In this document: one piece after another, positions 41,349 to 55,935 of the stretch
Layout: the number at the start of each line of letters is the position of its first letter
How positions within the stretch are numbered: position 1 is the first letter of the stretch
Assembly (NCBI RefSeq): GCF_000497125.1
Contig: NC_090602.1
Location: 1,054,001 to 1,118,000 of the forward strand
Reading direction: 5' to 3'
DNA from: Spironucleus salmonicida
Taxonomy: Eukaryota
DNA: 64,000 nt
Notes under the pieces: generated by a model
The model's input: the letters and a program-made list of their open reading frames with translations, nothing else
Database searches by the model: none
What the model was told of the DNA's origin: nothing
Made by a program: the position numbers and the translations under genes

Positions 41349-44300
41349 TCACAAAAACAGCCCATTTTTGCGTTTTTCGGCTTCCTCTTCGAATTCCCGA
41401 ACGATTCCCACGCACTCTCGGAACTTTAGCTCTTCACGCCTGCAAATTACCCTCTCTTGTTACAACTTCCGCCCTAGCTCTACTACACTGTCCTTGACCT
41501 CCTCTTCGCACTGAACGACACCTTCCTAAATGCTCTTTTAAAGCATTGCCTTAGCAGTGGTCATGGCCTAAACCGCTTACAAAACTGCATTTCTCTTGTC
41601 CTTAAGCTATTTAACTTTCTGCTTATTCCGGATATTCTACTATTCTATCTGAGATGTTTCACCAATCAGATCAGATTTCAGGCCATTGATACCCATTTTC
41701 AATGATTTAATTTGGCCAGATATATCAGTTAAACGCTAGTTTAACTGGAGCATATCGTACTGCAGTTTATCTGGAAATGCTATTTTTCCAGCCAACTGTG
41801 CTAGTGAGCTTGATTTATGCGAATTAGTCGGCTACGAGATACGCTGCTGCTCATACAAAGACTCTAATTCTTGTAAAATTGCACTCATTTCTGACGTTAA
41901 TTCTGCGATTTATTATCGTGTTGAATCAGCCTTTAAATCATTAATTTGCCCAACGTGGTGAGTAAGGACATCAAATCGGTTGGTTTCAGACATTTCAAGC
42001 TAACTCACACTTGTAAGAATGAGCATCTGCTCTGTGAAGCGAATCTCAGATAAATTCGCATACTTTCGCAGCCGCTACGTCTGCTCCCTGAGCTAGTTTT
42101 AACCAATTTCTAACTCCTGATCGTATTAAATTATTTCCTTGAAAACTGTCTATTAGACTACACTACCAAGCTTTTATAGCGATTTCAATCGCCTTTTGCT
42201 GATATAATCGTTAACGCGTTGAATAATGGCATCTTTCAGTCCGTTAATTTCTTCATTTTTAAGCATGATTTTTCCGTTAATTTTGAAAATAAGTCCAACG
42301 TAAATCTTCTGAATAAGAGAATTTAGGGCGCTGAATTATCCAGGAATCAGATTCTGAGATGTCTAAATCAGCATTTGGAGTGTAGCAATTCTGGTCTGAT
42401 TCTGCTACATTGTGGTTTGAATAAATGAGTTTATTTAAAGCTATTTACTGGTTTCCTTGAGATTTAAAATATGCTAAATTTTGCGCTATTGTGAAATATT
42501 TTTGTTGATAAATTCGGTCGCACAAGCTGTAAGATTAAGGCACAGTTCTTTGCAAATAGGTGGGAAATATACACTGTAAAAATCCTTTTACGCTTAAAAG
42601 TCTCGTAAATTGAACGTTGCATTTTAGAAGTAGAAATTCAAATTTCTCTTGAATTCTTATAGAATTATAGCAAGCTAATAATTAGTCGTAATTCCGATTT
42701 CCGTGCCTGCTCCTACCTTCATAGCTGATCTTGAGAGTTTCTTAAAGAGTGAACGTAGTGGCATGTGCTTAAAGAAGTCGAAACGTGGTATAAAATGTAG
42801 ATTTTAGGTAGATTCTATGTCCATAACTCCTGTAACTCCAGGGAGAGGAATTGTGAAATGGGGAGATGGCGTGTAAGACTGTTTATATTAGAGTAGGAAA
42901 CTTTTTGAATGTGTTTAATAAGTTTTGAGATTTGCAAACTTATTTTTCGTTAGGAAAAATCTGTTGAAAAGCTCAAGATTTTCTTAAATAGACTATAATG
43001 GCTAAATTTAGTATATTCTAAGCCATTGTCTGATAAGTATGAGTTAAATTTAAGAAAAATCATACTTCTGAATATATATAAGATTTGGGAGATTTTCAGA
43101 AGTTGAGATAAAAGTTGACCCAATACGAATGTGTTCAATTGTTTGTAGCATTTGATCTAGTTTTGTATTGTTAATGGTCTCAATTTTGAAGTTTTCTCTT
43201 TTGTTAAATTAGAAAAGGCCAAATCGCATAAATTCAGAAAGTTTTAGATCATGTTCTGTAATATACTCTTTAAATAGCTATTATTTTAATATTTTTAAGA
43301 AGTTCATCGCTTTAACGAGATCTTCTGCACCATCTGAGGTAGAAAAATCATACGCTGAAATTGTCGTGATAAAACTAAGTTATTCTTCTAAAAATTCAGA
43401 TATTGATGTAATTTTTTACGTCAGTACTTCCGAATCTTCTTTTATAAGATTAAATCTTTAATTTAATAATTTTTCCTAAATTTAGATTGTACTGAACAAA
43501 TCCTCCTTCAATTCCTCGCTCAACCTGTCAATATCATCATTTCGATAGGTTTTCTTGCCAATTATTGTTTGACTTTCCTATAATTTATTTTTATCTGTAT
43601 CAATACCAAACTTTTTGAGGCCATATTATTTAAATTCCAAAATGAATGCAATATCTCTCCACCATTCAATTAATACCAATATAAGTTATTCTGAAAAAAC
43701 ATCAAATTTAAGAGTGGCAACACTTTAACAACTAGGGCAAATCATATTTTCAGCCATAAACCAGTCTTTCATATCCAAATTTAATTTGACATTTACTATA
43801 TGATGAGATGAAATAATATTTAACCATCTGCAAAGATTATTTCTTACTAAAAACATTTATTTCTTCGAATCTAACTTTCTTTTGATTTATATAAAATTAA
43901 AATTAACTATATCAAATTGACTAAATTTATCGAATTCTACTATCTAAAAATTAGATATAAGGGATTACCTAGCCTTGTAATAATTTTCTTAACTCCAAAC
44001 AAACTGACAAAATGCTAATAAATATACTTGATTTATAAAAAGTTTTGGAATATTTGACTTATCTTTTTATGTCAAAAATACCGTAGATGTGGTCATAGGT
44101 AAGTTTGACTGCACAATTTCATCTATAGAAGATGAAAAATAATCATATTTAGAAATAACCAAATTAAAAGTGTCTATTTATGCTCTAATATTCAATGCCC
44201 TAAAAGGAATAATATTAGAGTGCAGCAAGAATTCAAATTTTTATATCAAGAAATTCTTTAAAGAAGTCAAATATTCAAATACAGCAGATACTAAATTAGG

Positions 44301-46325
44301 TGGTAGTTCAGCTTTGTATGATGAAAGGTTTAGAATAAAATCAAATGTAGCGCTGTTATATACTTCACAACTATCTAAATTTTATAAAAATCGTTGGTTT
44401 CCATATTCTTTAAAACAGTTTAAAACAGAATAATTTTAAATATTTGATTGAATATTGAAAAAGCTATCAAATTCTGTCTCGGTCCTTTCGTATTCTACGG
44501 TTGTTATATCACTGCCGATTTCCTTCAAGCCACCTTAAATTGCTGTAAATAGTGATGGTACTTGAAGCATAAGACGTTAAATAAAAGGTGAATTAATAGA
44601 ATTAATAGAATCTTAACTATTTTTGAATTAGTATACATAATATAATTCTAAACGCGCAGATTCAATTATTGAAGCAAAAACGTCTTCTATTTTCAAATCA
44701 AATTATTGATATAAGTAAATCTAATCTAACATAAGTTTAATCGTCGTATATATGTTATTTTTGTAATAACTAGGATATTTATATTTTCGTTAATCTTATA
44801 ATGAATATTTTGTAATTTCTTATATATAAAATGTTAGATTTTAATTAATTTTGATATGTGGATTTCTAATTATAAATGCCATGAAAACTACTAATTCTGA
44901 ATGATACATATTACATCTATTCATTAAAATAAATAATTCATGAATTAACTATTTTATTTACACTTTATTTTCAACTAATTTCTCTAAATTAAATAAATAT
45001 TCCTGCTCATCTGCATTTACAATTTAATTTAAGGCTACATCTAATTCTTCTTCAGCGTCTTTGAAAAGAATTTAATTACTATTCCAAACCACATGAAATT
45101 CAGATGAACTATGATGAAAATTCTCTAATTTGAAGACTGATGATGTAAAATACCAACATGTTTCATTTATCTCCTGAAGAAGTAATAAACAAAGTTAAAT
45201 CTCCCTGGTTCTCATTAAAAGCTCACATGCTAGTTCCATTCCTGAAAATTTTTAATATCCGATAGAATATAAAAAATTAAACTCCGGTGTCATGATTGAA
45301 CTAAATATTGCTTTTCTGCGGAACTCAATTTGTTATTCATAACTCTAATTCATAAATTGCTCAATATCGAAAGGAATCTCCTATCTGATGTTTTAACCCT
45401 GAATTAATTTTTTCTGAATTACTTTAAGATCAACTGCAGCCTTTTTTGGGATGTTTTCATATTTTTTGAAGGTAAGGTTTAATGGATTCTCATTGTTAAT
45501 TTCATTTAAAATTTGTGTTATCGACCTAAAATTTTAAGTACACTTTTGCAATATTTAATTAGAAATGTTGTCACCTGACCAATTTCTAGGTTAAATGATA
45601 TCTTTTATCTAGATTTTGTATTTACTCATTTTCTGCGTTTTATTGGTACTGATTTATGCTTAAACAAATTACTTTTAGATATTAATTTTCTATTCAAATT
45701 CGCTTTAAATTTCAGTTTTCCATTCTTTTTATAATTCCAATTCACTAAATTTCAAATAAATTTAAACATCATCAATTCGTGATTGTGATCGGTTTTGCAC
45801 TTTTTAGATATATGCTCTTTCATCACCCATTAATTCAGTTTCTATATCAAAAAGTGGATTTAATTGACGCACAAGTAAATCTTGAGTAGTCTAAATACTA
45901 AAGTTATCTTTTGCGAACTCATAGTGTAGAGCTCTATGGATAACTTCATTCATTCGAGTAAATGAGATAATTTCAATTCTAGAACTTGCGAAGTCAATAA
46001 ATTCTGGTGATAAATTATCTATTTCTAAATAAGTAGAAATAGTATTATTCTATGTGACTTGATCATAAAGCATTGATTGCTTAATCTATTTATGAAAATC
46101 TTCTAAATCATATTATTATGAGTTGAGAGGCTCATTTTAGTGAAAAAATTGACTAGATAATGTAAAATTTAGAGGATCATAAGGTGGCATAAATGGTTCT
46201 GGTTCTCCATCAATAAGTTTTAAATTATGATTAATTTCCGCTATTTATTTCGTCAGAGCTAATGATGAAGGTTGTTATTATCTAATAGATTATAGTTAAA
46301 GCTAAAGCTTATTTTTTGGAGGCAT
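41349..46325 (-). CDS. Large hypothetical alpha-helical protein, ~1658 aa
   Basis: MPPKNKL...; frame concordant at 46323, 44568, 43770, 42264 and the stop at 41349. Confidence 0.7.
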
Positions 46326-46435
46326 TTTAAACAAAATTTAAAATTATAAAAATAATATATATAAAATTAATTTATATATTTTCATAGTACTAAGACTTAT
46401 GCATAATAATATATCCATTTACATTCCAATTTGAA

Positions 46436-46915
46436 ATGAGTCTTGAAGTTTCAGAGATTTAAAAATATAAAATAGGGGAAAATGTTAGTATTAAAGTTAA
46501 AGGAGTTGTCTTTAAAGGATAAATATCCGAGCATGGCATTGATAAAATGACAATGATAGATACTTATCGTCAAGGACAGGATAAACCCATACCTAAGACT
46601 AATATTCCTTACAAACTTGTGGAATCTATTTAGAATGATGCACCTATTGATATATTAGATGTAATTTTAGATAAACCTCATAATATATATGAACTAGCTC
46701 CTTAGGTGAACAACAAGTAGCATGTTCAAAAATAATCACACTCACAAAATACTGATAACAATATGAATATAGAGGAGGTTATTAATGATGGTTAAAATTG
46801 GGATGAAAGTAAAAAAGTGAGAGAACAGAAAAGACTAAATGATGGGATATAAAAGAATCCAGTTATGAATGGATTCTTTGATAATTTAACTGTTTCAAAT
46901 TATAATAAGAAGTGA
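46436..46915 (+). CDS. LSM14/Scd6-like protein (Sm-like N-terminus plus FFD motif)
   Basis: IGENVSIKVKGVVFKGQI...; C-terminal GFFDNLT. Confidence 0.6.
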
Positions 46916-47048
46916 TCTTAATTTTTTTCTAACTTTATTTCTAAATATATTATCGAGAAACTTTAATTACTTATAAATCTCATAATACTATCACTATTTA
47001 GATATGGCATTTATTATATTAAGTTATAATATTATTATAACTATATTA

Positions 47049-47498
47049 ATGGAAATAGATTCGGATGAACAAGAGTATTCAAGTAGTGACCTTTCTGAAC
47101 ACTTATATGTTCATGATTATATGACAGATATGACAAAATTAATAAAATTGAAGTTAGACCAAGTATTGGAAATTGAGGATCATACTTTATCGTAGTAACT
47201 ATTATTTAAATAGAATAAATTGCATTAAATCATACAAATTAATAAAGAACATGTTAAATTTTAGGCTGATTACAATGATTTAGGATCATGTACTGATATT
47301 CTGCTTTAAAAGCTTATTTGCTAAGTATACGAACTATAATCGTAGCGAATTTCTATCATCTGCTCTGAAATTGATCTTCAAGATGAAATATTTTCCATTG
47401 AAAGAGAAGAAATATTAGAGAAAAAGAATAACCTCATAGAACTTTTAGCATTGCTAAATTGTTCGTCACAAGATCCATATTAGTTATATAAAAAGTGA
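47049..47498 (+). CDS. Hypothetical protein
   Basis: Table-6 ORF MEIDSDEQEY... ending AAGTGA; an in-frame ATG also lies at 47004. Confidence 0.6.
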
Positions 47499-47510
47499 AC
47501 AATGATATAT

Positions 47511-48179
47511 TCATTCCATCAAGAACCTACGCACAATCGTTACCAGTTCCTCAACAGCTATTTCAACAACATTATTACATAGAATACAATTATAAAAGTC
47601 TGTATGACTATCAAAAAATTCCATCTCTTAACAGGCTGTCTTAATTCTGATTTAAATTTATTCCTCAGTCTCCGTACCTCTATTCCTTAGTCTATCTATG
47701 AAATCTTATCTAGTTGGTGGTGTCACTAATAAATAAAATTAGTCATTAGGCAACTTTGCCTTCTTTATATTAAGGCTACCTTTATAATCTAAATCAAGAA
47801 ATACATGCTATTTTTATAAAACTTTTTTCAATTCTAAAAATGTAGTTCCGTAATAGTTACCATGATTTTTAGTCCATTCGACAAAAGCATTTTCATCAAT
47901 TAACTTTTCAAATTACTCAATATCCACAAAATTATATGAAATACCATTCTCTTCGCCTGCTCTTGGCTTCCTAGTAGTATGAGAAACTGAAAATCCAAAC
48001 TTATCTTTAAACTCTGGCATAACAAGTAACTATTTATATAGAGTTGATTTTCCAACCGCAGTGACCCCATTAATAATAACCATCTTATTAAGATTGGTTT
48101 GTTGTTTAGCTTCTTATACATTTTTCTAAATGCTTCTAAACTCTTCTACTGAGGCCTCGCGATTGGCTCCACAGGGCAT
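47511..48179 (-). CDS. Guanylate kinase, paralogue A
   Basis: [38 protein letters not shown]. Confidence 0.92.
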
Positions 48180-48647
48180 TTTGCCAAAAGAAATGAAAAG
48201 GGAAATGAGGTTATAAGAAATTACTCGAACTAAAAAAAGAATTTTATATTTAAATGTAAAATAGAAATAATTAATTATTTGTAGATTCAATTTTCATTGA
48301 ATATTATTATGATATTAAAAATCATTTATACCTTCAAATCTATACAGAGGATAAACTCCCTGATAATATACGAATCATGTAATATAAAATATTTCAAATT
48401 AATTTAGTATAATTAGGTAAAGCCTATAACGCTTTGAATCAAAGTATTCAGATGGTAATGACTATATAATATATTTTTATATAATCTTATCGCTTTAGTA
48501 ACAGTTATCAACACAGCAAAGAATAATTTTATGTTAAACTTTTTTATTATTACGTATGTGCAGATTATATAAAAATTATAATATTCCACACCTATGAATT
48601 TCACATCCAAATTAAGTTGTAAACCAAAATCTGATATGTAATTTAGA

Positions 48648-49253
48648 TCACTTTAAAAATTTTATGACAATATCTTCTAGTTCTTTTGCAGCTTTTTCAA
48701 CATTATCGTTACAAATTTTGTAATCATAAAACCTTCCTGAGTTATTGAAAAATAACATTTCCTCCTTTGCTGTCTTTATTCTTGTTTAGATCTAGTCCTC
48801 AGTTTCGGTACCTCTATCTCTAAGTCTTTAAATAAACGATTCCTGGTCAGGTGGTGTGATTAATATGAAGATTTATTTATTTTTGAGTCTTGTATTTTTT
48901 AAATTTTTACTACCTTTGTAATCGATATCTAAGACCACATTCGACTACTAAAGGGCAATCTCTAGCTCTTAGAAGCTTGTTCCATAATAGTTATTGTGAT
49001 TCTTAGAATATTCCAAAAATTTATTATGGGCTATCATATCTTCAAAAGTACGAGCGTCAACAAAATTATAATCCACACCGTGAGTTTCATGAGGCCGTGG
49101 CTCTCGTGTAGTATGCGAAATACATAATTATGTCTTACCTTACAGTAAATCTGCCGCCATCATAAGCTTGTAAAGCGTAGATTTACCCACAGCAGTTACA
49201 CCATTGATGACGATAATCCTGTTATCCCTCTACCCCGAACATGAAACACCCAT
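48648..49253 (-). CDS. Guanylate kinase, paralogue B (N-terminus MGVSCS)
   Basis: [37 protein letters not shown]. Confidence 0.92.
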
Positions 49254-49361
49254 TTTGTTTTTTCGCTCAATATATTATTTATTACTATATAATATATATA
49301 AAATTTCCACGCGTTTTTAATCCTACATAATACCATAATATTTGCTTTTATTCGCTCCAAA

Positions 49362-49856
49362 ATGTCACTAAATTGTTCGTTCCAGACCCAGACCGCCCCT
49401 GCTCTTTCCCCCACCTACGACCTCTACGACCTCAAAATAAAAATCGACCACCTCCGCACACAGCTTCAAGACCAGCAGGAAGTGCTCGCCTAAATCCGCG
49501 TTTCCGAGTGCGAATTTGAGCGCAAAATCAAACTTCAGAACGAGCAGATCGACCTCCAGAACACCACAATTGACGGCTTACGGGAGGCGATTTACGATGA
49601 AAAGCAGACACTGAGCATTGGCCGGCAGCGCGTGCGGCAGCAGCTCGCGGCACTCGAAAAAGTGCGAGCGCAGGTGGGGGTTGCGGAGGCTCAGCGCGCA
49701 CGGGTGATGCGTGAACTTTTGGTGGTCAATTTCGAGGTCATTTAGGTCGAAAAAGCGAAGATTTTGGGGACCCTCAAAGGGAGCGATGCGAGGCAATTTG
49801 GGGAGTCTGAAGCGAACGTAAGGGGTCTGAAGATGCTGTTGAAGGCCCGGGAGTGA
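49362..49856 (+). CDS. Hypothetical coiled-coil protein, GC-rich
   Basis: Table-6 ORF ending GAGTGA. Confidence 0.7.
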
Positions 49857-49939
49857 GCAATGTGGTTGTAATATGCAGCGTATAATAATGCATGTTCTGG
49901 AAATTGATTGAATGAATGCATTATTTGCTTAATAATCAG

Positions 49940-50458
49940 TCACTGCATAACTTCTTTCAAAACTATCCTTACTTCTGCACATTTTGTTCTTAGGATCTCC
50001 ATAACCTCGCGCACCTCACCTCCGCTAATTTTTTCTCCAAAAATATAACTTTTCCCACTACCTTCACTATAAAAAACGTTAGCATCAGGTCCATCTATAC
50101 TTTAACCACAAATGCCAACAGCTACCGCACCATTAGATGAAATACCAGCAGCAGCACAATACGCAAAAACTGCATTAAGAACGTGTGCAGGAATTGCACG
50201 ATCAGCATCCGAAATTGTGATCTTGATTGTCAACATAGAAGCAGTTTGTAATGACATCTCTATGAAATTTCGTATTAATGGAACAGAAAGTTAGAGAGTC
50301 GGTGAAAATTCAATTCTAAAGGAGAGATAATTTGATGGAGTAGACGTAATAAATATAGTAGTATCTGTAGCTTTGTAGCTTAAAATATTGTCCTAGAAGT
50401 TAACTACTGGCCTACGTAACTCTTAGAACGTGCGTCCATCATCGCGAAGAGTTGTCAT
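49940..50458 (-). CDS. RNase PH-like exosome core subunit, reduced
   Basis: LRDDGRTFQELR start motif; AHVLNAVFAYCAAAGI. Confidence 0.7.
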
Positions 50459-50558
50459 TTTTAGAAATGAAAAAGAATAATTGATTATCTTATTTTATAT
50501 ATCGGTATATAAAATAAGTATTAAATGATTGGCAATAAATAAGAAAATTTCCTATGAC

Positions 50559-52697
50559 TCACTATTTTGCATAACACTGTCTCTTATAAAATACATCTGA
50601 TATTTTCTTCTCTAATTCGCTTGGCCCTAATTCACCTAAAATCTTCCCTTAATTAACTTTAAATTTTTCATCATAATGAATATCTAATGGCGTTTCTTCT
50701 AAAAAATCTGCTTCATGTATTGAATCAGTCCCATAAACGCTAATATAATTTTATAAAAAGCTCCAGTTTCCTATACCTTAAGTTTCATAGTCTATATTTA
50801 TTCCACCTTCAATCATAAAATTTCGACCAATAATGCAACTTTAGTTTAGTGGTTAAAGTCTAAAATCTAAGTTATAATCAAATATTTTTTCGTCAGAAAC
50901 TTCAGAAATTTCTTCTACAGCGTCATGATCTAAAAATTAAAGAAGATGTGGATTTTGACTAAAACAAAGACAAATATCCTTTTTAAAGTTTTAATCAAAT
51001 TTAACAGATGGAAACTCAGTGCATTCCTAGATCTTGTAGTGTGGTTAATCATAACTAATAAAATTTGGTAATATGTTAATATACTTAGTAATACATTCAT
51101 GAAATTCTTCATCTGTAAATTCTAAAACTCTTTTAGAGCTTTTTTCATTATTGTGTATATTATTGTCTTACACTAATTCAAATACTAAGCCTAATTTTTT
51201 ACATTATTGCATTATTACTTTTAAATATGGAAACTACTTCTCGATATTTTTACTATTTTCGCTAAATATCTCTTAAATTATCTATGGATAATTTAATTTC
51301 AAACCTTATATTGGTACATTTGGAAAGGTTTTAATTTAATAATCATAAAATTAAGCATCATAAATAGCACTAATATTACACATATAACAACCGCACATGG
51401 GCCTAAAGATTAAAATATTCTTACTTGCCGACTTCTCTGTCTAAATTTCATTAGTTATAAAATTTTAAGCGTTATGGACATTAAGAAACGTATTTTTAAG
51501 TATTTTGCAATGTTGGCGTTTAAATGATTTTAAAAATTATTCGGTTAAGTTATTAAAAGCTTTAGATGATTATGAATTTAAATTGGAAATATAGTTTGAA
51601 AATGATCCTATTCTTGTATATGTTAAAATACGTTCCGCTACTAATGGGGCTAAAAATGATCGCTTTTAGGCCGAGTTAAAAGTGTAAAATAAATTATTTG
51701 ATTGCTTATACTGAATTAATGCTTATACTGAGGAATCGAATATTAATTCTGGACCAAAAATATACTGGTGTTCTACATTAAAAACTAGTATTGAAGAATC
51801 TAATAGATATGTTGCTTCTTTTAAAACAGAATCTATTAACTAATCTAAGAAATTTGGTTCTGTTTATTAAATATTACTTGATTATAAAATAACTTATTAA
51901 AGATCAACGTTATAGTCTTCAATTATAGAAATATATGCATCCTATACTTGGCATTTTAACTAAGCATTATTCAATACATCAACCCACATTTCATGTGCAG
52001 ATTTGCTACGAAATGCTATCTCTCCATTAAACTCATCAGCACCAAATTCAAAAATTTTATCTCTATACGCAAAATCTGATGGCTGTAATTTATTTTTGTC
52101 GTAATTAGGATAAATACAACAATTTATACGATCTGAAAATAATTAATAATTATAATCTAAATTAGTATACCTAGAATGCATATGAAACTATTAAATCGTT
52201 TAGATTTGAGGTTAAAGATAAGTCTAGTATGGAGTTTATGTCTTATAGTATTAATTTTCTAACGCTATTTCATCTCCATATCTATCAATAATATCATAAG
52301 CATTAACTTCTGTACGTACTTTATTATGATCGTGAAGCCGTTCAACTACCTCCATAACAGAATGAAGTTTAATATAATGTGCATCATCTTCTAAATCTTC
52401 AACAATAGAGTTTGCTAAGGACTAATCAATTGTTGAGTGCTTTTATAACTCAGAATAATAAAACTAAGTAGCTAGAATGTGAATATCAGTAGGTATATTA
52501 TCTGGATCTGCTGGAATATCTCGTAGTTGAATCCTCCAAGTAGCATCAAAACCTGAGGAAAATACTAACTACTAAGCATATTTCATAGAAAAAAGAGGGA
52601 TTGTGGGAGTTTCGTTATAAAAATGTTTTGGAATCTATGGCAGGGCAAAAGGTAATGGAATCTTTTGTATTTGAGGCGTATAAATTTATTAACTCAT
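50559..52697 (-). CDS. Hypothetical protein, ~712 aa
   Basis: Table-6 ORF MSQQIYTPQ... ending TAGTGA. Confidence 0.7.
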
Positions 52698-53061
52698 ATG
52701 AAGCGGAATGTATTTGCCATATATTATATATAATAACGATAGTAATAAATTATCTTCTATAATTCGTTATTATCATATCGAGATTATGATACTACTAAAT
52801 TAGTTATACTTATATTACCGTATTTAATAATATAAAATATGCAACTAAGCGAAAAACTATGAAAATCAGCTTAATATCTAATAGCAAATAACTGTTTGGC
52901 AGTCATATAATAATAATTGTTGCCTTCGCTAGTCAATAGATAAAATAAAAAATTAGCCGAAAAGTTCATGACTCTACATCATTTATAAATATTTATGACA
53001 ATTATATTAACTACGTAATATCTTAATATTATAACGTAAATACATTGGCCCTTCCACTTTA

Positions 53062-54654
53062 ATGTTCGATTAGTTCTTCTTTATTCATACGACAGGATTA
53101 GTGCTTTTTTAATCAACAGAGCCAAAGGATAGAGCATAATTGAACAAGATAATGACCTAATTTATAATTGAAAATAGAGTTTAGCAAGATCCAATAATTT
53201 CGACCACACATAAATATTTTGTTAATTACATCAGAGAGCTGTCAATTATAGCGATTGCCTCTTTGCCCCGCAACATTAATGTCCAAAATATTACCGAACT
53301 TTTGTCTGGAATTTGCCTTTATTTTATAGAAAACTTCGAAAATGAAATTAAAAAATGTCCCCTAAATTTTAAAATATCAGATTTCTAGCCATTTGGGGAC
53401 GTGTACCAAACGCAGCTAAACGCGTTAGTCAAAAGTGGCAAATTAGCAGATTCGTAGTCGTAAGTTGTGCAAACTCAAGAAATTGAGGCGACCGAAAACC
53501 GAATTTCCTCTGCCCAGTCGAATCCGGAAGAAGCAAAGCTGAAAATCGAACTTATTAAGCAGCAAATGCGCGAAAAAGCGAACCAGGACAGAAAGTAAAA
53601 ATCGCTCCAAAAATCTCAATCGCCGAAAAATTAGCGCACGCAATCCCCCAGCAAACCGAAGCCCGTTGAAGACGACATGTCAAAATATTCGTTTATTGAG
53701 TAGGCATCAGAATCTACGAATTAGCTTTTACTTGAGAAAACGTAGACTATTGCAAGCATACCATAAAATAATACGTTTTCACTTTTTTCGTCAAAAACGT
53801 TAAATAGTGCGACGCTTGACGATTTCATGTCGACGTTCCGTGCGTAGCTCCTGAATCAGAATATTTCGTCATAAACCACAGATTCTATTCTAAATTCCGT
53901 GCGTTAATCCTTATAAAATGCAAAATTACCAACCTTCAGATCTGCTAAAAATTTAATCTCAGAAACAGTGCGTTAGCAACTAATTAAGTCAATAAATTTA
54001 CGCCCGAATTTCGTGTTCAACTAGATAAATTAGGCGCACAAGAAGCCTTTTATTATTGCAATTATTGGTATTAATGGAATGGGTAAAACTACTACAATAG
54101 GAAAGCTTCTTTTTAAAATAAAATAAGCTAATTTGAAAGGCTTTGTTTGTGCTTGTGATAGTTTCAGAAGTGGTGCTGTTGAGCAAGTTAAGACCCACTG
54201 CGATAGACTCGGAATGAGCTGCTATGATCAGGGTTATGGTAAAAATCCATCTGCTATCGCTAAATATGGTATATAATAAGCTGTAAATGAAGGTAGTGAT
54301 GTGGTTTTGATTGATACTGCCGGTAGAATGCATAATAATAGTGGCCTTATGCAAGAACTCTGTAAACTCATTAGCGATAATTAACCTGATCTAGTTATTT
54401 ACGTTGGAGAAGCATTGGTTGGTAGCACAGGAGCTGTTTAGATAAAAGAGTATGGCTAATAAATTTTAGAAGCCACTGGGAGGAATATTGATGGAGTTAT
54501 TTTAACAAAATATGATGCAATTGGCGACAAGGTCGGGGCAGCTCTTAACTTTAGCTACGAAAGTGGATTGCCCATTTTGTATGTTGGGATTGGCTAATCA
54601 TATCCAGATCTCATAGAAATCGAGGTGGACGAGATAGTTTAGCAAATTTTGTGA
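53062..54654 (+). CDS. SRPRA: Signal recognition particle receptor alpha subunit
   Basis: SRX-like start [52 protein letters not shown]. Confidence 0.95.
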
Positions 54655-54691
54655 GAGAATTGCTTTAACATTAGAAATAAGAAAATTAAAA

Positions 54692-55675
54692 TCAATCTTT
54701 TATTACGCAATAAGAAAATTCGTTTCTAAGGCACTTATTGCATTTATCACACTCTTTATCGTCTTTAATAAGGAAAGTAGGGTTTCTAATGAACTTTCTA
54801 GCAAATCCTACCATTTTACAACCTAAATCAAAGGCTTCCTTGGCATCTTCTTTAGTATCAAATCCTCCTGTTGCAATAATAAACTAAGACTCCATATGCT
54901 TTTCTTTGTTTAATAATTCTACAGCCTCCTTATAATAAAACTTATCTTATACAGGTCTAATAGTTGCTAGCTTATTTTCTTTTCCCCATCCGCCACCAGA
55001 TACTTCTACAAAATCAAAATCTAATGATGAAATGATTTTAACTGCAAATTCTGGGTTTACGCCACATCCATCTATCCAGTCATTAGTCTAGATTTTGATG
55101 CCAGACACTATACCTGCTTTTCTCACATTTTCTAAAACGAGTCTCAAAAACTTAAAATCTTGAGGATTAAACTCATCAGTTCTCTTATTATAAGCATCTG
55201 AAATTGATTAAGAAACTAAATATGTGTGAGCGCCGTGTATTTAGACACCATCATATCCAGCAGCCTTAGCTCTCATAGCAGCATCACCAAAAGCCTTTAT
55301 AATGTCATATAGAGTTTCTGCGGAGCAAGTATTATAATCAAGCTTGTTTTCTTCTTAAGAGTGCTACCCAGCATGTGCGAGCTAACAAAAAACTTATGTC
55401 TTGGGGTCAACAGCTTTAATACACTTAACTAACCTCTCATGATACTTAATTTTATCATCAGAGTCAATACCTACCTAAGAATGACCTGCATGTCCTCTTC
55501 TTTCAACGTACATATGATCGAGGGCTATAATACCAATCTAACCTCTAGCGAGATCAGCATAGTAGGTATACATTTCTTCTAAAGGAATACCTGTGGCATA
55601 ATCGCATAACTTCATGGCAGTAGCTGATTTATAGTAAGGATTTTAAATGATCAAGTTTTTAAGATTCAATGCCAT
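54692..55675 (-). CDS. NADH:flavin oxidoreductase (Old Yellow Enzyme family) with C-terminal CxxCxxC
   Basis: QLAHAG, AGYDGVQIHGAHTYL, NKRTDEF, CDKCNKC. Confidence 0.92.
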
Positions 55676-55935
55676 ATTTAAAGGAAGGTTAAAATGACAA
55701 TCGTCTATTTTACTATCTATAATTATATTCTTATTAAAGTTTACGTAACAATACGTTCTACAAAATTTATTTAATGATCACTTATTATCATTATATTATA
55801 CCATCAAAAAATGGGAAACAAGATAAGATCCATATAATAAATAGAATAATATCTTTGATTTATTCAGGTGTCATACACTTTATTTGAATTAATATTAATA
55901 TTATATAAAATAATATATAATAATCAGCGAATCTA

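Noticed and set aside
27243-54654. Functional clustering of SRP RNA with SRP receptor alpha
   Set aside because: They are 25 kb and many unrelated genes apart, with no evidence of co-regulation.
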